Shown: positions 27,998-36,624 of the stretch, piece by piece
Numbering within the stretch: the stretch's first letter is position 1
Layout: the number at the start of each line of letters is the position of its first letter
Source: Nitrospinota bacterium
GTDB taxonomy: Bacteria > Nitrospinota_A > UBA7883 > JACRLM01
Reading direction: 5' to 3'
DNA length: 64,000 bases
Assembly: GCA_016208975.1 (NCBI GenBank)
Contig: JACQXA010000004.1
Location: 2,013,941 to 2,077,940, forward strand
Notes under the pieces: model-generated
The model's database searches: none
Seen by the model: only the letters and a program-made list of their open reading frames with translations
What the model was told of the DNA's origin: nothing
Translations under genes and position numbers: made by a program

Positions 27998-28815
27998 TAC
28001 TTCCTCTTCGATTTAGCTTTTTTAACGGCTGGCTTGGCGGCTGGTTTCCGGGCCACGGTTTTTTTCGCCGGTTTGGCTTTTTTGGCCACGGGTTTAGCTT
28101 TTGGCGCCGTCTTGGCCTTCGCCTTTTTTGCGGCTGGCTTGGCGGCTTTTTTCACTGGCTTGACAGCCTTAACCGGTTTAGAGGCGGCGGGCTTTTTAGG
28201 CTCCGGAGTAACCTTGCCGCCGGTTTTGGCCAGCGTGGCCTTTTTTATGGTTTCGTTGGCTTCCACCAAATCCAGCACGTGTTGCCTGGCGGATTTTTTG
28301 ATGGATTCCTCAAGGACGTGGATCACCATTTTGCCTACTGGCGTGGCCACTCCAGGCACATCAGGTATGGGAGCGCCCTTGGATATATAACCTTTAAGCC
28401 GCTTGGCCACCTCATCCATGGTGTACAGCTCGGAGTCTTTATATTTGTAAAGGAGCTTTACATAATCCCGCTCCTTTAACTCCACATCCAACGATCCGTG
28501 GATGATGTTCTCCATTTTGGTTTCCGCGGGACGTTTGGGAAGCTTGTTTAAGATTTTTATAACTTCGTTGAAGTATTTGGTTTTGCTTGCGTCCAGATTA
28601 GCCCTGGGCGGGAAAATGTCTTGGGGTATCTTGGAGCTTATCTCAAAAGCGTAGTCATTTCCATTGATGTCACAGGGGCTAACTTCGTAAGTTATACCCT
28701 TGATTAAGAAACGGTTGTCCTTTTTAGGGGTGAATTTCCCCCGGAACTCGGCGCGAACCTGCTCCAGACTTTTATTGATATGCTCAAGAAAAAGCTGGTT
28801 TTTTACCTCACCCAT
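27997..28815 (-). CDS. uncharacterised globular domain (~190 aa) with C-terminal Lys/Ala/Pro-rich histone-H1-like tail; stop overlaps prfB start (TAATG)
   Basis: ...KKPAASKPVKAVKPVKKAAKPAAKKAKAKTAPKAKPVAKKAKPAKK tail; TTGACC-17-TATTCT promoter-like upstream. Confidence 0.8.
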   Translation of the reverse strand: MGEVKNQLFLEHINKSLEQVRAEFRGKFTPKKDNRFLIKGITYEVSPCDINGNDYAFEISSKIPQDIFPPRANLDASKTKYFNEVIKILNKLPKRPAETKMENIIHGSLDVELKERDYVKLLYKYKDSELYTMDEVAKRLKGYISKGAPIPDVPGVATPVGKMVIHVLEESIKKSARQHVLDLVEANETIKKATLAKTGGKVTPEPKKPAASKPVKAVKPVKKAAKPAAKKAKAKTAPKAKPVAKKAKPAKKTVARKPAAKPAVKKAKSKRK

Positions 28816-29021
28816 TTAATTCCGCGTAGAGTATGTTTGTGACTGTTAATAGTTGATTTTCAACAGCTATCACCTTGAAGAATAGCAGATGGCCCTACCA
28901 AGGTCAATCCTAAAACCCAGCGAAAATTCCAAATTCCGGTATAATTTAACGGTTTTTGGAAAACTTGTCGAAGGCCATAGTTAATGGCAATCATTACAAT
29001 TGATTGGCTGAAAGTTAGGGG

Positions 29022-29061
29022 CAAAAAAAAGGCGGTCTCGACGAGGAGTAGTCGAGACCGC
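29022..29061 (-). terminator. Rho-independent terminator (ggcggtctcgac-loop-gtcgagaccgcc + 8 U on minus strand)
   Basis: perfect 12-bp stem, 8-nt loop, followed (minus strand) by TTTTTTTT. Confidence 0.85.
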
Positions 29062-29166
29062 CAGGCCTTAAGTTAGCCGAAGAAGCCACTTCCAGAGTTT
29101 ATATCCCTCTGGCTACAGAGGCCCGCAAGAGGATGAGGCGTCCGTCTTACGGAGTGCCGGCTTGCC
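29022..29166 (-). ncRNA. candidate sigma-54-dependent small RNA (~145 nt)
   Basis: bounded by -24/-12 element (TGGCACG-N4-aTGC) and a 12-bp GC hairpin + U8 terminator; internal hairpins (ccagaggg..ctctgg, ccgtaagacgg); only an 18-codon ORF without SD. Confidence 0.45.
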
Positions 29167-29173
29167 ATACAAA

Positions 29174-29194
29174 ATTAGCATAAGCCGTGCCAAT
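29174..29194 (-). promoter_or_regulatory. sigma-54 (RpoN) -24/-12 promoter: ttGGCACGgcttaTGCtaat
   Basis: GG and GC separated by exactly 10 nt; 1 mismatch to TGGCACG-N4-TTGC consensus. Confidence 0.55.
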
Positions 29195-29356
29195 GTTGAT
29201 TCTTGCTATGATTGCCAATAAAAACAATGAGATAAGAAAAAATGCTATTCTCCTTTTCTTGGACAAATGTCTAGATAGAGTGCGGTGAATTTATTCAATC
29301 AACTTTGGTCTTTTGTAACCAACTGAATAATAATGGGTTTGTATATGCCACGAAAA

Positions 29357-29395
29357 CGTGGCGCCACTGCCCGGTGCGGTGAAATCGTGGCGCCA
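29357..29395. promoter_or_regulatory. two palindromic sites (cGTGGCGCCAc ... cGTGGCGCCA) 29 bp apart, ~180-215 bp upstream of the sigma-54 promoter: candidate enhancer (UAS) for a bEBP
   Basis: direct repeat of a self-complementary 8-10-mer at 29357-29366 and 29386-29395. Confidence 0.4.
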
Positions 29396-29490
29396 ATTGG
29401 ACTGAAAATCTTAAACATCAACTTTCCGGGCTTAATGTTTTGCCCTAACCCTTGGAATTTGATAAAATTCAACCCTGTTTTTCCCGCGCC

Positions 29491-29565
29491 GCCGGTGTAG
29501 CTCAGTGGTAGAGCAGCTGATTCGTAATCAGCAGGCCGTGAGTTCAATCCTCACCACCGGCTCCA
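29491..29565 (+). tRNA. tRNA-Thr (anticodon CGU)
   Basis: GCCGGTG acceptor, GCTCAGTGGTAGAGC D-arm, anticodon loop TTCGTAA, GTGAGTTCAATCCTCAC T-arm; TAAAAT -10 ~20 nt upstream. Confidence 0.92.
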
Positions 29566-29686
29566 GTTTTTCAATTGGTTAATAGTTTATATCAATTGGA
29601 TCTATGTCTGCTCTCTACGCAATCTTGTCCCAGTTATTATTTAGATTCACCCGCCAACGGATTATTCTCACATAGGCTAGGCCATA

Positions 29687-29998
29687 TTGCCAAAGCAACC
29701 AAAACATCCTGTGCAAGTAGCTGGAGCTACCCAGCGGAAAAAAGCCTGGTTGTGCTACATCCTGCGATGTTCGGATGGCACGCTTTACACTGGCGTCACC
29801 AACGATATTGATAAACGCCTTGTGGCCCATAACTCGGGAACGGCGGCCAAATACACCCGGTCACGCGGGCCTGTGGAGCTACTACTTGTGGAGGCCTGCC
29901 ACGATAAGTCCGCCGCGTTGAAACGTGAAAGGGAGATTAAAGCGTTTTCGCGGGCGGAGAAGCTGGCGCTGATAGAGGCAAATCAGGGGGCTGTATAA
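29687..29998 (+). CDS. GIY-YIG nuclease-family small protein (UPF0213/YhbQ-like)
   Basis: WLCYILRCSDGTLYTGVTNDIDKRLVAHNSG GIY-YIG core; true start may be downstream of 29687. Confidence 0.8.
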   Translation: MPKQPKHPVQVAGATQRKKAWLCYILRCSDGTLYTGVTNDIDKRLVAHNSGTAAKYTRSRGPVELLLVEACHDKSAALKREREIKAFSRAEKLALIEANQGAV

Positions 29999-30044
29999 CA
30001 CCTGTATTACATACTGGAGCCGCAAAATATGCATTCAGGTGAAT

Positions 30045-30539
30045 TCACTCCATCCCTTGTTTTGCCTGAAGTATTCGCACATAGGCCACAATATCCCACG
30101 CCTGGGCGTCTTCCAGCTCGTTGCGGTATTGAGGCATGGTAAGGTCGCTGGCCAGGATTTTCACGAAAATATCCCCATCGGTCAGGGTCATGGACCTGTC
30201 ATTGGTAAGATCAGCCGGTTTGGTATCCATTTTCTTGGCGATCCTGGTATCCGCCTCTCCCGCAGGGCCGTGGCAAGGAACGCAGTATATGGCGAAAAGG
30301 CGCTTTCCCCGCCCGGCGGCGGTTTGATCCAGAGGAAACGGCGGATGCAACCTGGCCGGGTCCGCGGCGGAGTAATCAACTTTGCGTCTGGAGCCTAAAA
30401 CCGGCACGGCGCCGTCCGGCGGAATGATATTGGGGGATTTCTGGATTTTCACATAAATCTGCTCATGCAGGTTTTTATCCACATTTTCACAGCCCGCAAA
30501 CAGGGCCAGCGCCAGCATGACGAAGGCGGATTTCCTCAA
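30045..30539 (-). CDS. actE: alternative complex III subunit ActE (monoheme cytochrome c lipoprotein)
   Basis: lipobox LFAGC, single CVPCH heme motif, last gene of act operon. Confidence 0.8.
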   Translation of the reverse strand: MRKSAFVMLALALFAGCENVDKNLHEQIYVKIQKSPNIIPPDGAVPVLGSRRKVDYSAADPARLHPPFPLDQTAAGRGKRLFAIYCVPCHGPAGEADTRIAKKMDTKPADLTNDRSMTLTDGDIFVKILASDLTMPQYRNELEDAQAWDIVAYVRILQAKQGME

Positions 30540-31054
30540 AAGTCATCCCTCCCTCTTTTTGTTTTCACCGCGCCCAGGTCTTCCATGATTTTCTCCACCT
30601 TGTCCGCCACAGCCTCGCTTTCGCAATTTACCAGTATCCCTATCATGCTAAGGCTTATCGTCTCGTCGTAGGCCAGCTTGTTCCAGTCCGGCAGGCCCGC
30701 ATACCACAGCATGCCAAAAAATGTTCCCAGCACAGCGCCAAGCAACGAAAACTCATAACATGCGATAGCCACCGGGGGTATCGCCACAATACTTTTTCCG
30801 CTGACGTTGAGGTTCATGGCCGCCTGGGTTCCTCCGGCCACGGTTATGGCGAGCATGAAACCCAGCACACCGCCAGCCAAAGCGAAAAGCCACATGGGCA
30901 TGCGGGTCTTGTCGTGGTACAGGGCTCCATCAGGGTAAGGCGCCACGGAGAGGAGCCTTATGTCGTCATGGGGCGTCGAAATGGCTTCCAGAGGCTTCAT
31001 TATTCTGGCGGTGTCTTCCACGTTATCGAACAATCCAAGCACCGTGAAGCTCAT
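30536..31054 (-). CDS. actD: alternative complex III subunit ActD (DUF3341 membrane protein)
   Basis: start MSFTVLGLFDN at 31054 (ATGA overlap with actC stop); ORF-track N-terminal extension rejected. Confidence 0.78.
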   Translation of the reverse strand: MSFTVLGLFDNVEDTARIMKPLEAISTPHDDIRLLSVAPYPDGALYHDKTRMPMWLFALAGGVLGFMLAITVAGGTQAAMNLNVSGKSIVAIPPVAIACYEFSLLGAVLGTFFGMLWYAGLPDWNKLAYDETISLSMIGILVNCESEAVADKVEKIMEDLGAVKTKRGRDDF

Positions 31055-32520
31055 GACTGCTCCTCCGCGTCGGCGTGGACGCGCACGTAGGTGTTGCCTA
31101 TCCTCAGGTCGCCGCTGATAAATTTTCCTTCCCTGATGTCCGCCACGGTGACAACGGGCAGAAGCTTGGAGAACACCGCGTACAACAGGAAGAAAAAGGC
31201 GAAAGACCCCGCCACTATGGATTTTTCCACTATGCTGGGCAGATAGTCCGTCCACATGTACGGGTTGTCCCGGTGGGTGAGGACAGGTACCAATATCAGG
31301 TAGCGTTCGATGTACATCCCCACGTTGATTAGCATTGTGATGATAAACAGCCAAAGTGGGCTGTTGCGCACCCTGTTGAAGGAAAGGGCGGCTATGGCGA
31401 CGGCAGTGCCCCCCAGCATGATTACCATAAGATGCGGGAACCGTTCCCACTGGTATTCCCATATGCGCCATTCGGCAGGCTTGTGGCCGTACCAGGTGGT
31501 TATAAACTCCACGAAATAGAAATAGCTCCAGATGATGGCCATGGCCAGCTCCAACTTGGCCAGGTTGCGAATATGCACAAGCCGGATTATTTCATCCAGC
31601 TTGAAAATCCACCGGAACAGTATCATCAGGGCTATCACCCCGGCCACGCCGGAATAAATTGCCCCCACCACGAAATAGGGGCCGAAGATGGTTGTGTGCC
31701 ACCCGGGGGTTATGCTCATGGCGAAATCCCAGGAGACGATTGTATGCACCGACGGGGCTATGAGCAGTATGAACACCGCCAGCAGGGTGGAGGCCCTCTC
31801 GTGGGCCATCCATTGCCGGTGGGAGCCTCTCCAGCCCAGCGCCAGCACGGTGAGATACTTCTTTCTCCAGTCGAATTGCGGGCACATGTCGCGCGCCAGG
31901 GCTATGTCCGGCAGAAGCCCCACATACAGGAATGTTACGGAGGAAACCAGATACACCGATATGGCCATCATGTCCCACACCAGCGGGCTTTTGAAATTGG
32001 GCCAAAGCTCACGCTGGCTGAATAACGGGAACATGTAATAAGCCCGCCACACCCTGCCCATGTGTATCAGCGGGAACAGCGCGGCCACCATAAGGGCGAA
32101 CACCGTCATGGCCTCCGCCCCGCGCAGGATAGGCCTTCGCCAGTGGGCCCGGGTTAGCCGTAGCAGGCTGGATACTATAGTGCCCGAATGGCTCAGCCCC
32201 ACCCAGAACACGAACGAGGCGATATAAATGCCCCAGAATATGGGGTGCCGCAGGCCCGTCACCCCCATGCCCTTTACAATCTGGTAACCCCAAAGCGCAA
32301 TAGCCCAGGCCACCACCATACCGGCGGCGATGGTGAATATGAAATAGGCCCTGGTGGTGAAGAACATGGGGCTCAGGGAATATTGGTTGAGCCACCCCTC
32401 TGGCATGTTCAGGTCTATGTCGGCCCCGGCTTGTATGTTTTTCCGGGCCGCCAGTTCCCTCAGCTCCTCAAAGCTGGGGAGCTTGCCGCAGTTGTCTTTT
32501 TCATCCATGGGGATGGGCAT
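31051..32520 (-). CDS. actC: alternative complex III subunit ActC (NrfD/PsrC-like quinol-interacting membrane subunit)
   Basis: ~10 TM NrfD-family protein between ActB2 and ActD. Confidence 0.85.
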   Translation of the reverse strand: MPIPMDEKDNCGKLPSFEELRELAARKNIQAGADIDLNMPEGWLNQYSLSPMFFTTRAYFIFTIAAGMVVAWAIALWGYQIVKGMGVTGLRHPIFWGIYIASFVFWVGLSHSGTIVSSLLRLTRAHWRRPILRGAEAMTVFALMVAALFPLIHMGRVWRAYYMFPLFSQRELWPNFKSPLVWDMMAISVYLVSSVTFLYVGLLPDIALARDMCPQFDWRKKYLTVLALGWRGSHRQWMAHERASTLLAVFILLIAPSVHTIVSWDFAMSITPGWHTTIFGPYFVVGAIYSGVAGVIALMILFRWIFKLDEIIRLVHIRNLAKLELAMAIIWSYFYFVEFITTWYGHKPAEWRIWEYQWERFPHLMVIMLGGTAVAIAALSFNRVRNSPLWLFIITMLINVGMYIERYLILVPVLTHRDNPYMWTDYLPSIVEKSIVAGSFAFFFLLYAVFSKLLPVVTVADIREGKFISGDLRIGNTYVRVHADAEEQS

Positions 32521-32521
32521 G

Positions 32522-33247
32522 TTACGCGCCTCCCTTCAAGTAGATCACAGACGGTTCCGTGCCCAGGTCTTCAAACAGGCGGAACCGGCGCTTGCTGGCG
32601 GCAAGGGCCGCCACGCGGCTTTTAGGGTCGTTCAAATCCCCGAACACGATGGCGTTGGTGGGGCAGGTTTGGGCGCAGGCGGGCGTTACCTCGCCATCCA
32701 TCACGCTACGTCCCTCATCCTTGGCGTGGTCTTTGCCACGTCGTATTCTCTGCATGCAGAAGGTGCATTTTTCCATAATACCCCGCTGGCGCACGGTGAC
32801 ATCCGGGTTCAACTGCTGTTCCAGCGGTTGTTCAAGCTTGTAATCGAACCAGTTGAACTTCCTCACGCCGTATGGGCAGTTGTTGCCGCAGAACCTGACG
32901 CCTATACACCGGTTGTAAACCTGCGCGTTGAGCCCTTCCGGGTTATGATACGTGGCGAACACGGGGCATACAGATTCGCACGGGGCGTTGGCGCAATGCT
33001 GGCAGGGCATGGGGAGGAACACCACCCGCAGGTTGGGCCATTCCCCCTCGAAATACCGTTCCACCCTCAGCCATGCCATGGTCCGTTTTTGCCGGGCCAC
33101 ATCCTCCCCCACCACGGGCACGTTATTTTCCGCCTGGCAGGCCATTACGCAGGCGCCGCACCCGTTGCACCGGTCCAGGTCTATCACCATCCCCCATTTG
33201 TGGGAGTTGTCGTGGCTATAGTTGAAAGACTCTACCCTCATAATCAC
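32522..33247 (-). CDS. actB2: alternative complex III subunit ActB2 (4Fe-4S ferredoxin-type iron-sulfur subunit)
   Basis: CNGCGACVMAC, CQHCANAPC, CIGVRFC, CTFC cluster motifs. Confidence 0.85.
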   Translation of the reverse strand: MIMRVESFNYSHDNSHKWGMVIDLDRCNGCGACVMACQAENNVPVVGEDVARQKRTMAWLRVERYFEGEWPNLRVVFLPMPCQHCANAPCESVCPVFATYHNPEGLNAQVYNRCIGVRFCGNNCPYGVRKFNWFDYKLEQPLEQQLNPDVTVRQRGIMEKCTFCMQRIRRGKDHAKDEGRSVMDGEVTPACAQTCPTNAIVFGDLNDPKSRVAALAASKRRFRLFEDLGTEPSVIYLKGGA

Positions 33248-35378
33248 CTCTCGGGTTGCCCGCCATCACAAACTCGGTTTTCCTTCCGGTTTTCGTTATC
33301 TTCGCCATGACGCCCCGCCAATTTGTGTCTTCAATGAGTTTCATCGCATTGGCTCCCCTGCCGCTGGCGTGTTTGCCGAATGATTCATGACCGTATCCGA
33401 ATGGAATGGCCAGCGTGTCCGGCCCCACGCCGGGGTAAAGATAGGCCGGAACCTCCAGCGCGCCGTGGGGAGTTTCTATCTTTAGAATGTCTCCGTTGGA
33501 AACGCCAAGCTCCACGGCGGTTTTGGGGTTTATCTCCACCCAATGGCCCCAGCTTATTGTGCTCATGGGTTCCGGCATTTCCTGGAGCCATTGCATGTTC
33601 GCGGCCCCCCCGGCTCCAATGGGCATGGTTTGATATGGATGCAAATGGAAAGTATGGCCGGGTTTTGCTGAAAAAACCGGAGCCTCTATCGCAATGGGGC
33701 CGCTGTTCCGTGGCGTATGGGCCTGGGCTTGCGCATGGCTATTCACCTCCGGCCACCAGCCGCCCCTTTGAAGCAGATATTCCCAGGCTTCTTTCGCAGT
33801 AAGGGTTGATGGCGCTCCAGACCATTCATGGCGTAGCTTCTCCACGATCTTCATGACCATAGCCTCCTGGCTTTCCACCTCCACCGGCAGACCGGCCATT
33901 GCGGCGGCCCTGAGCAATGTGTCGCCGGGTTGGGCCGTTGAATAAAGCGGCCTCACCACCGGTTGCCGGGCGTTGAACACCGGAATTCCGCTTGGGGATA
34001 TGGTTACCTGGGCCGACCATGATTCAAGGAAATGGTTGGAGGGCAGTACGATGTCCGCATGGCGGGTGGTGTCGTTCAGAAAACATCCGAAAACGGCCAC
34101 GAACCCTGTTTTTTCCAGCGCTCCGGAACAATTCATGCCTCCAGGCAGGTTATGGGCCGGGTTGGTGTTTAATATCATTCCCAGCGACATCTCACCCCGG
34201 GCGGCTTTGGCGATGATTTCTTTCGTCGCGGAATAATCCGTGGCATTAGAGGGAACAGCCGCGAATTCCCTCATCTTACGGTAGATGGGCGGCTCTTCCC
34301 GCCACAGGCGCCGCGCGCCGGATAGATGACTCAAAATGCTGTTTAAGAAATCCACGGCTTCAAGCCCCTGCGTTCCGTTGGAGTGGGCCGTTACGTCGTC
34401 CCCCGCGATGGCGATGGCCGGGGCGTGATTGAAAAGCTGTGACGCTATTTCCAAAATCGTTTCGGTGGGGACGCCGCTTTTTTCCGAAGCGGATTCCACC
34501 GTTAATCCATCGAGCCGTTTCATCCATGAAAGCATGGTTGAATCTGTGGCGGCGTTTTCGTTTTGCGCCAGATGTATAAGCCTTGCGGCGATACCCAGGG
34601 CAAGCGTTCCTAACGAACCGTGTTTCGCGCTCACGAACCGGTCCGCCGAGGCGGCGGTCATGGATAACCGCGGCCCGGCGTATATCATCATCCCTCTTCT
34701 GGTGGGGTCGCCCCGGCGAAGCTGGCCATAAGCGTGGCCGAAATGCACTTGCGAGAAACCGTTTTCAAAAATATCCGCCCCAAGCAGAAGCGCGCAGGCG
34801 GCTTTGGATAGATCGAAATAAACAGGCGGGCCGTCCGCTGAAATTAGCTTGCCGCCAAGCACGGGAACCGCAAAATCATGCGAACCCAACTGTTGCAGAA
34901 CCCGCGTGGCTATCATAGCCACCACGTCCGAATGGTCATCGGCCATCACGAAGGAGCCTTTTCCCCTTGCCTTTTCCATGTTTTCCGCCAGCAACCCCAG
35001 CGCCTCATCCCATGAGATAGGCGTGAAGATGTTGGAGCCTTTGGCGCCATCGCGTTTCAACGGGGTCTTTATTCGCTCAGGGTGGTACAGTTGCCAGACC
35101 GCCGCCTGGCCCATGGCGCAAACGCCGCCGTGGTTCACCGGGTGGGATGGATTGCCCTCGATTTTTTTCGCGCGGCCCGACACTGTGCGGACCATGATTC
35201 CGCAACCGGAGCCGCACATCCCGCACACGGTGTAATAGTATTCCCCCTCGACGGGGTTTATCCCTTCATCCGGCGGTGTTACGTAGGGGATGATGGATTG
35301 CGCCATCTGCCCGCACCCGCCGGTTATTCCCGCGGTGGCGATGGCCCCACCGATTTTCAGGAACGAACGTCTGTCCAT
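33216..35378 (-). CDS. actB1: alternative complex III subunit ActB1 (molybdopterin-oxidoreductase-like domain, Tat signal)
   Basis: MDRRSFLKIGG twin-arginine motif; CGMCGSGCG N-terminal FeS motif; MopB-like length. Confidence 0.82.
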   Translation of the reverse strand: MDRRSFLKIGGAIATAGITGGCGQMAQSIIPYVTPPDEGINPVEGEYYYTVCGMCGSGCGIMVRTVSGRAKKIEGNPSHPVNHGGVCAMGQAAVWQLYHPERIKTPLKRDGAKGSNIFTPISWDEALGLLAENMEKARGKGSFVMADDHSDVVAMIATRVLQQLGSHDFAVPVLGGKLISADGPPVYFDLSKAACALLLGADIFENGFSQVHFGHAYGQLRRGDPTRRGMMIYAGPRLSMTAASADRFVSAKHGSLGTLALGIAARLIHLAQNENAATDSTMLSWMKRLDGLTVESASEKSGVPTETILEIASQLFNHAPAIAIAGDDVTAHSNGTQGLEAVDFLNSILSHLSGARRLWREEPPIYRKMREFAAVPSNATDYSATKEIIAKAARGEMSLGMILNTNPAHNLPGGMNCSGALEKTGFVAVFGCFLNDTTRHADIVLPSNHFLESWSAQVTISPSGIPVFNARQPVVRPLYSTAQPGDTLLRAAAMAGLPVEVESQEAMVMKIVEKLRHEWSGAPSTLTAKEAWEYLLQRGGWWPEVNSHAQAQAHTPRNSGPIAIEAPVFSAKPGHTFHLHPYQTMPIGAGGAANMQWLQEMPEPMSTISWGHWVEINPKTAVELGVSNGDILKIETPHGALEVPAYLYPGVGPDTLAIPFGYGHESFGKHASGRGANAMKLIEDTNWRGVMAKITKTGRKTEFVMAGNPRGDYEGRVFQL

Positions 35379-35390
35379 AAATTCCTCATG

Positions 35391-35957
35391 TCAGGTGTGG
35401 CATGTCCAGCAATCGGTGGGGGCGTTTTTCCCCTGATGGCAATCCAGGCAGAACCCCATCTGGTGGGTTACGGCCTTGTAAGTGACCTCCATGGTCTCAA
35501 CGGGGCCGTGGCACACGGCGCACTTTATATCTTTTGCGATATGCCGCTTGTGGTTGAACCATACGTGGTCTGGGAGTTTATATATCCTTATCCATTGGCC
35601 CGAGTCTTTGCTCTCGGCGAGGGTTTTGAGTTTTCGGACGGGCTCTTTTTTGATGGTCAGGTTTACATGGCAATTCATGCACTTGGTGAGTGGCGGAACC
35701 CCCGCGAATTCCGCCTTGGCGGCGTAGATGTGGCAATACTGGCAATCTATCTCCAGATCGCCGGCGTGAAGCTTGTGGGAAAACCGGATGGGTTGTTCGG
35801 GAGGGGAAAAAGAAGGGGGATAAACCGGCGCGTGGTATATAAAGCCCATAACCGCCGCCACGGCGAGCGCCCCGGCGAGGCCAGCTCCGGCAAGCCCACG
35901 GGCTATGGCGGACCTGGGCCTAAAACGGTAAAGAAACGCCCGGCGCCCCATGCTCAA
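35391..35957 (-). CDS. actA: alternative complex III subunit ActA (pentaheme cytochrome c)
   Basis: five CxxCH motifs (CQYCH, CMNCH, CAVCH, CLDCH, CWTCH), N-terminal membrane anchor. Confidence 0.88.
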   Translation of the reverse strand: MSMGRRAFLYRFRPRSAIARGLAGAGLAGALAVAAVMGFIYHAPVYPPSFSPPEQPIRFSHKLHAGDLEIDCQYCHIYAAKAEFAGVPPLTKCMNCHVNLTIKKEPVRKLKTLAESKDSGQWIRIYKLPDHVWFNHKRHIAKDIKCAVCHGPVETMEVTYKAVTHQMGFCLDCHQGKNAPTDCWTCHT

Positions 35958-36123
35958 TCTCCCTCAAACAGCGTTACACCGCGAGAGCAAGCGCACATTT
36001 ACGAAAATAGTATTAAATGTATATCAATGCAAGCTTCTTCTTGCGCCGCTACAATGGATGGGCTTTGCGGCTTGCAAAGGAGCGTGGCCTACTCTATGAT
36101 TTTTTTAGTTACCAGGGGGATGT

Positions 36124-36624
36124 ATGAAAACCATCAAGCTATTCGCGTTTCTGGCCCTGGCCTTCATATCCATGCTTTTCCCGGCCATCTCCGGCGCCGC
36201 GTCCAAAGTGGTGGCTGTCACCGTTAAAAAAACATCCATCCGGGCGGATAAACAGTTTTTTGCGCCCACCGTGGCGGAAGCGGTTTACAAGGACCGGCTG
36301 GAAGTTCTGGAGGAAAGCGGCGGATGGATAAAGGTCGCTTTCTCCGGCAAGAACGGTTGGATACATAAATCCGCCGTGGGGATGGAGGTTAAGGACAAAG
36401 GCCCCTCTCTTTTCGGCGGGGATGACGCCTCCAAGGTTTCCCAGGAAGAGGTGGCCCTGGCCGGTAAGGGATTCAACTCCCAGGTGGAGAGCGAGTATAA
36501 GAAAAAGAACCCATCGCTGGATTTCGCCGCCGTGGACAGGATGGAGAAGATAACGGTGGAGGATTCCAAAGTTGCCGCCTTCGTGAAGGATGGCAAACTC
36601 GCTTCCAGGGAGACGGGCAAATGA
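36124..36624 (+). CDS. secreted bacterial SH3-domain protein
   Basis: signal peptide; SGGWIKVAFSGKNGWIHKSAV SH3b-like. Confidence 0.7.
   Translation: MKTIKLFAFLALAFISMLFPAISGAASKVVAVTVKKTSIRADKQFFAPTVAEAVYKDRLEVLEESGGWIKVAFSGKNGWIHKSAVGMEVKDKGPSLFGGDDASKVSQEEVALAGKGFNSQVESEYKKKNPSLDFAAVDRMEKITVEDSKVAAFVKDGKLASRETGK

Noticed and set aside
29100-29160. 18-codon ORF (MASRHSVRRTPHPLAGLC) inside the candidate sRNA
   Set aside because: No ribosome-binding site and it lies in a strongly structured region. Treated as non-coding, though a tiny peptide cannot be excluded.
29299-29547. 82-aa minus-strand ORF
   Set aside because: Overlaps tRNA-Thr and its promoter; no SD. Spurious.
31055-31471. N-terminal 139-codon extension of actD in the ORF track
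   Set aside because: His/Arg/Gly-rich junk overlapping actC. The conserved ActD begins at MSFTVLGLFDN (31054) with an ATGA overlap.
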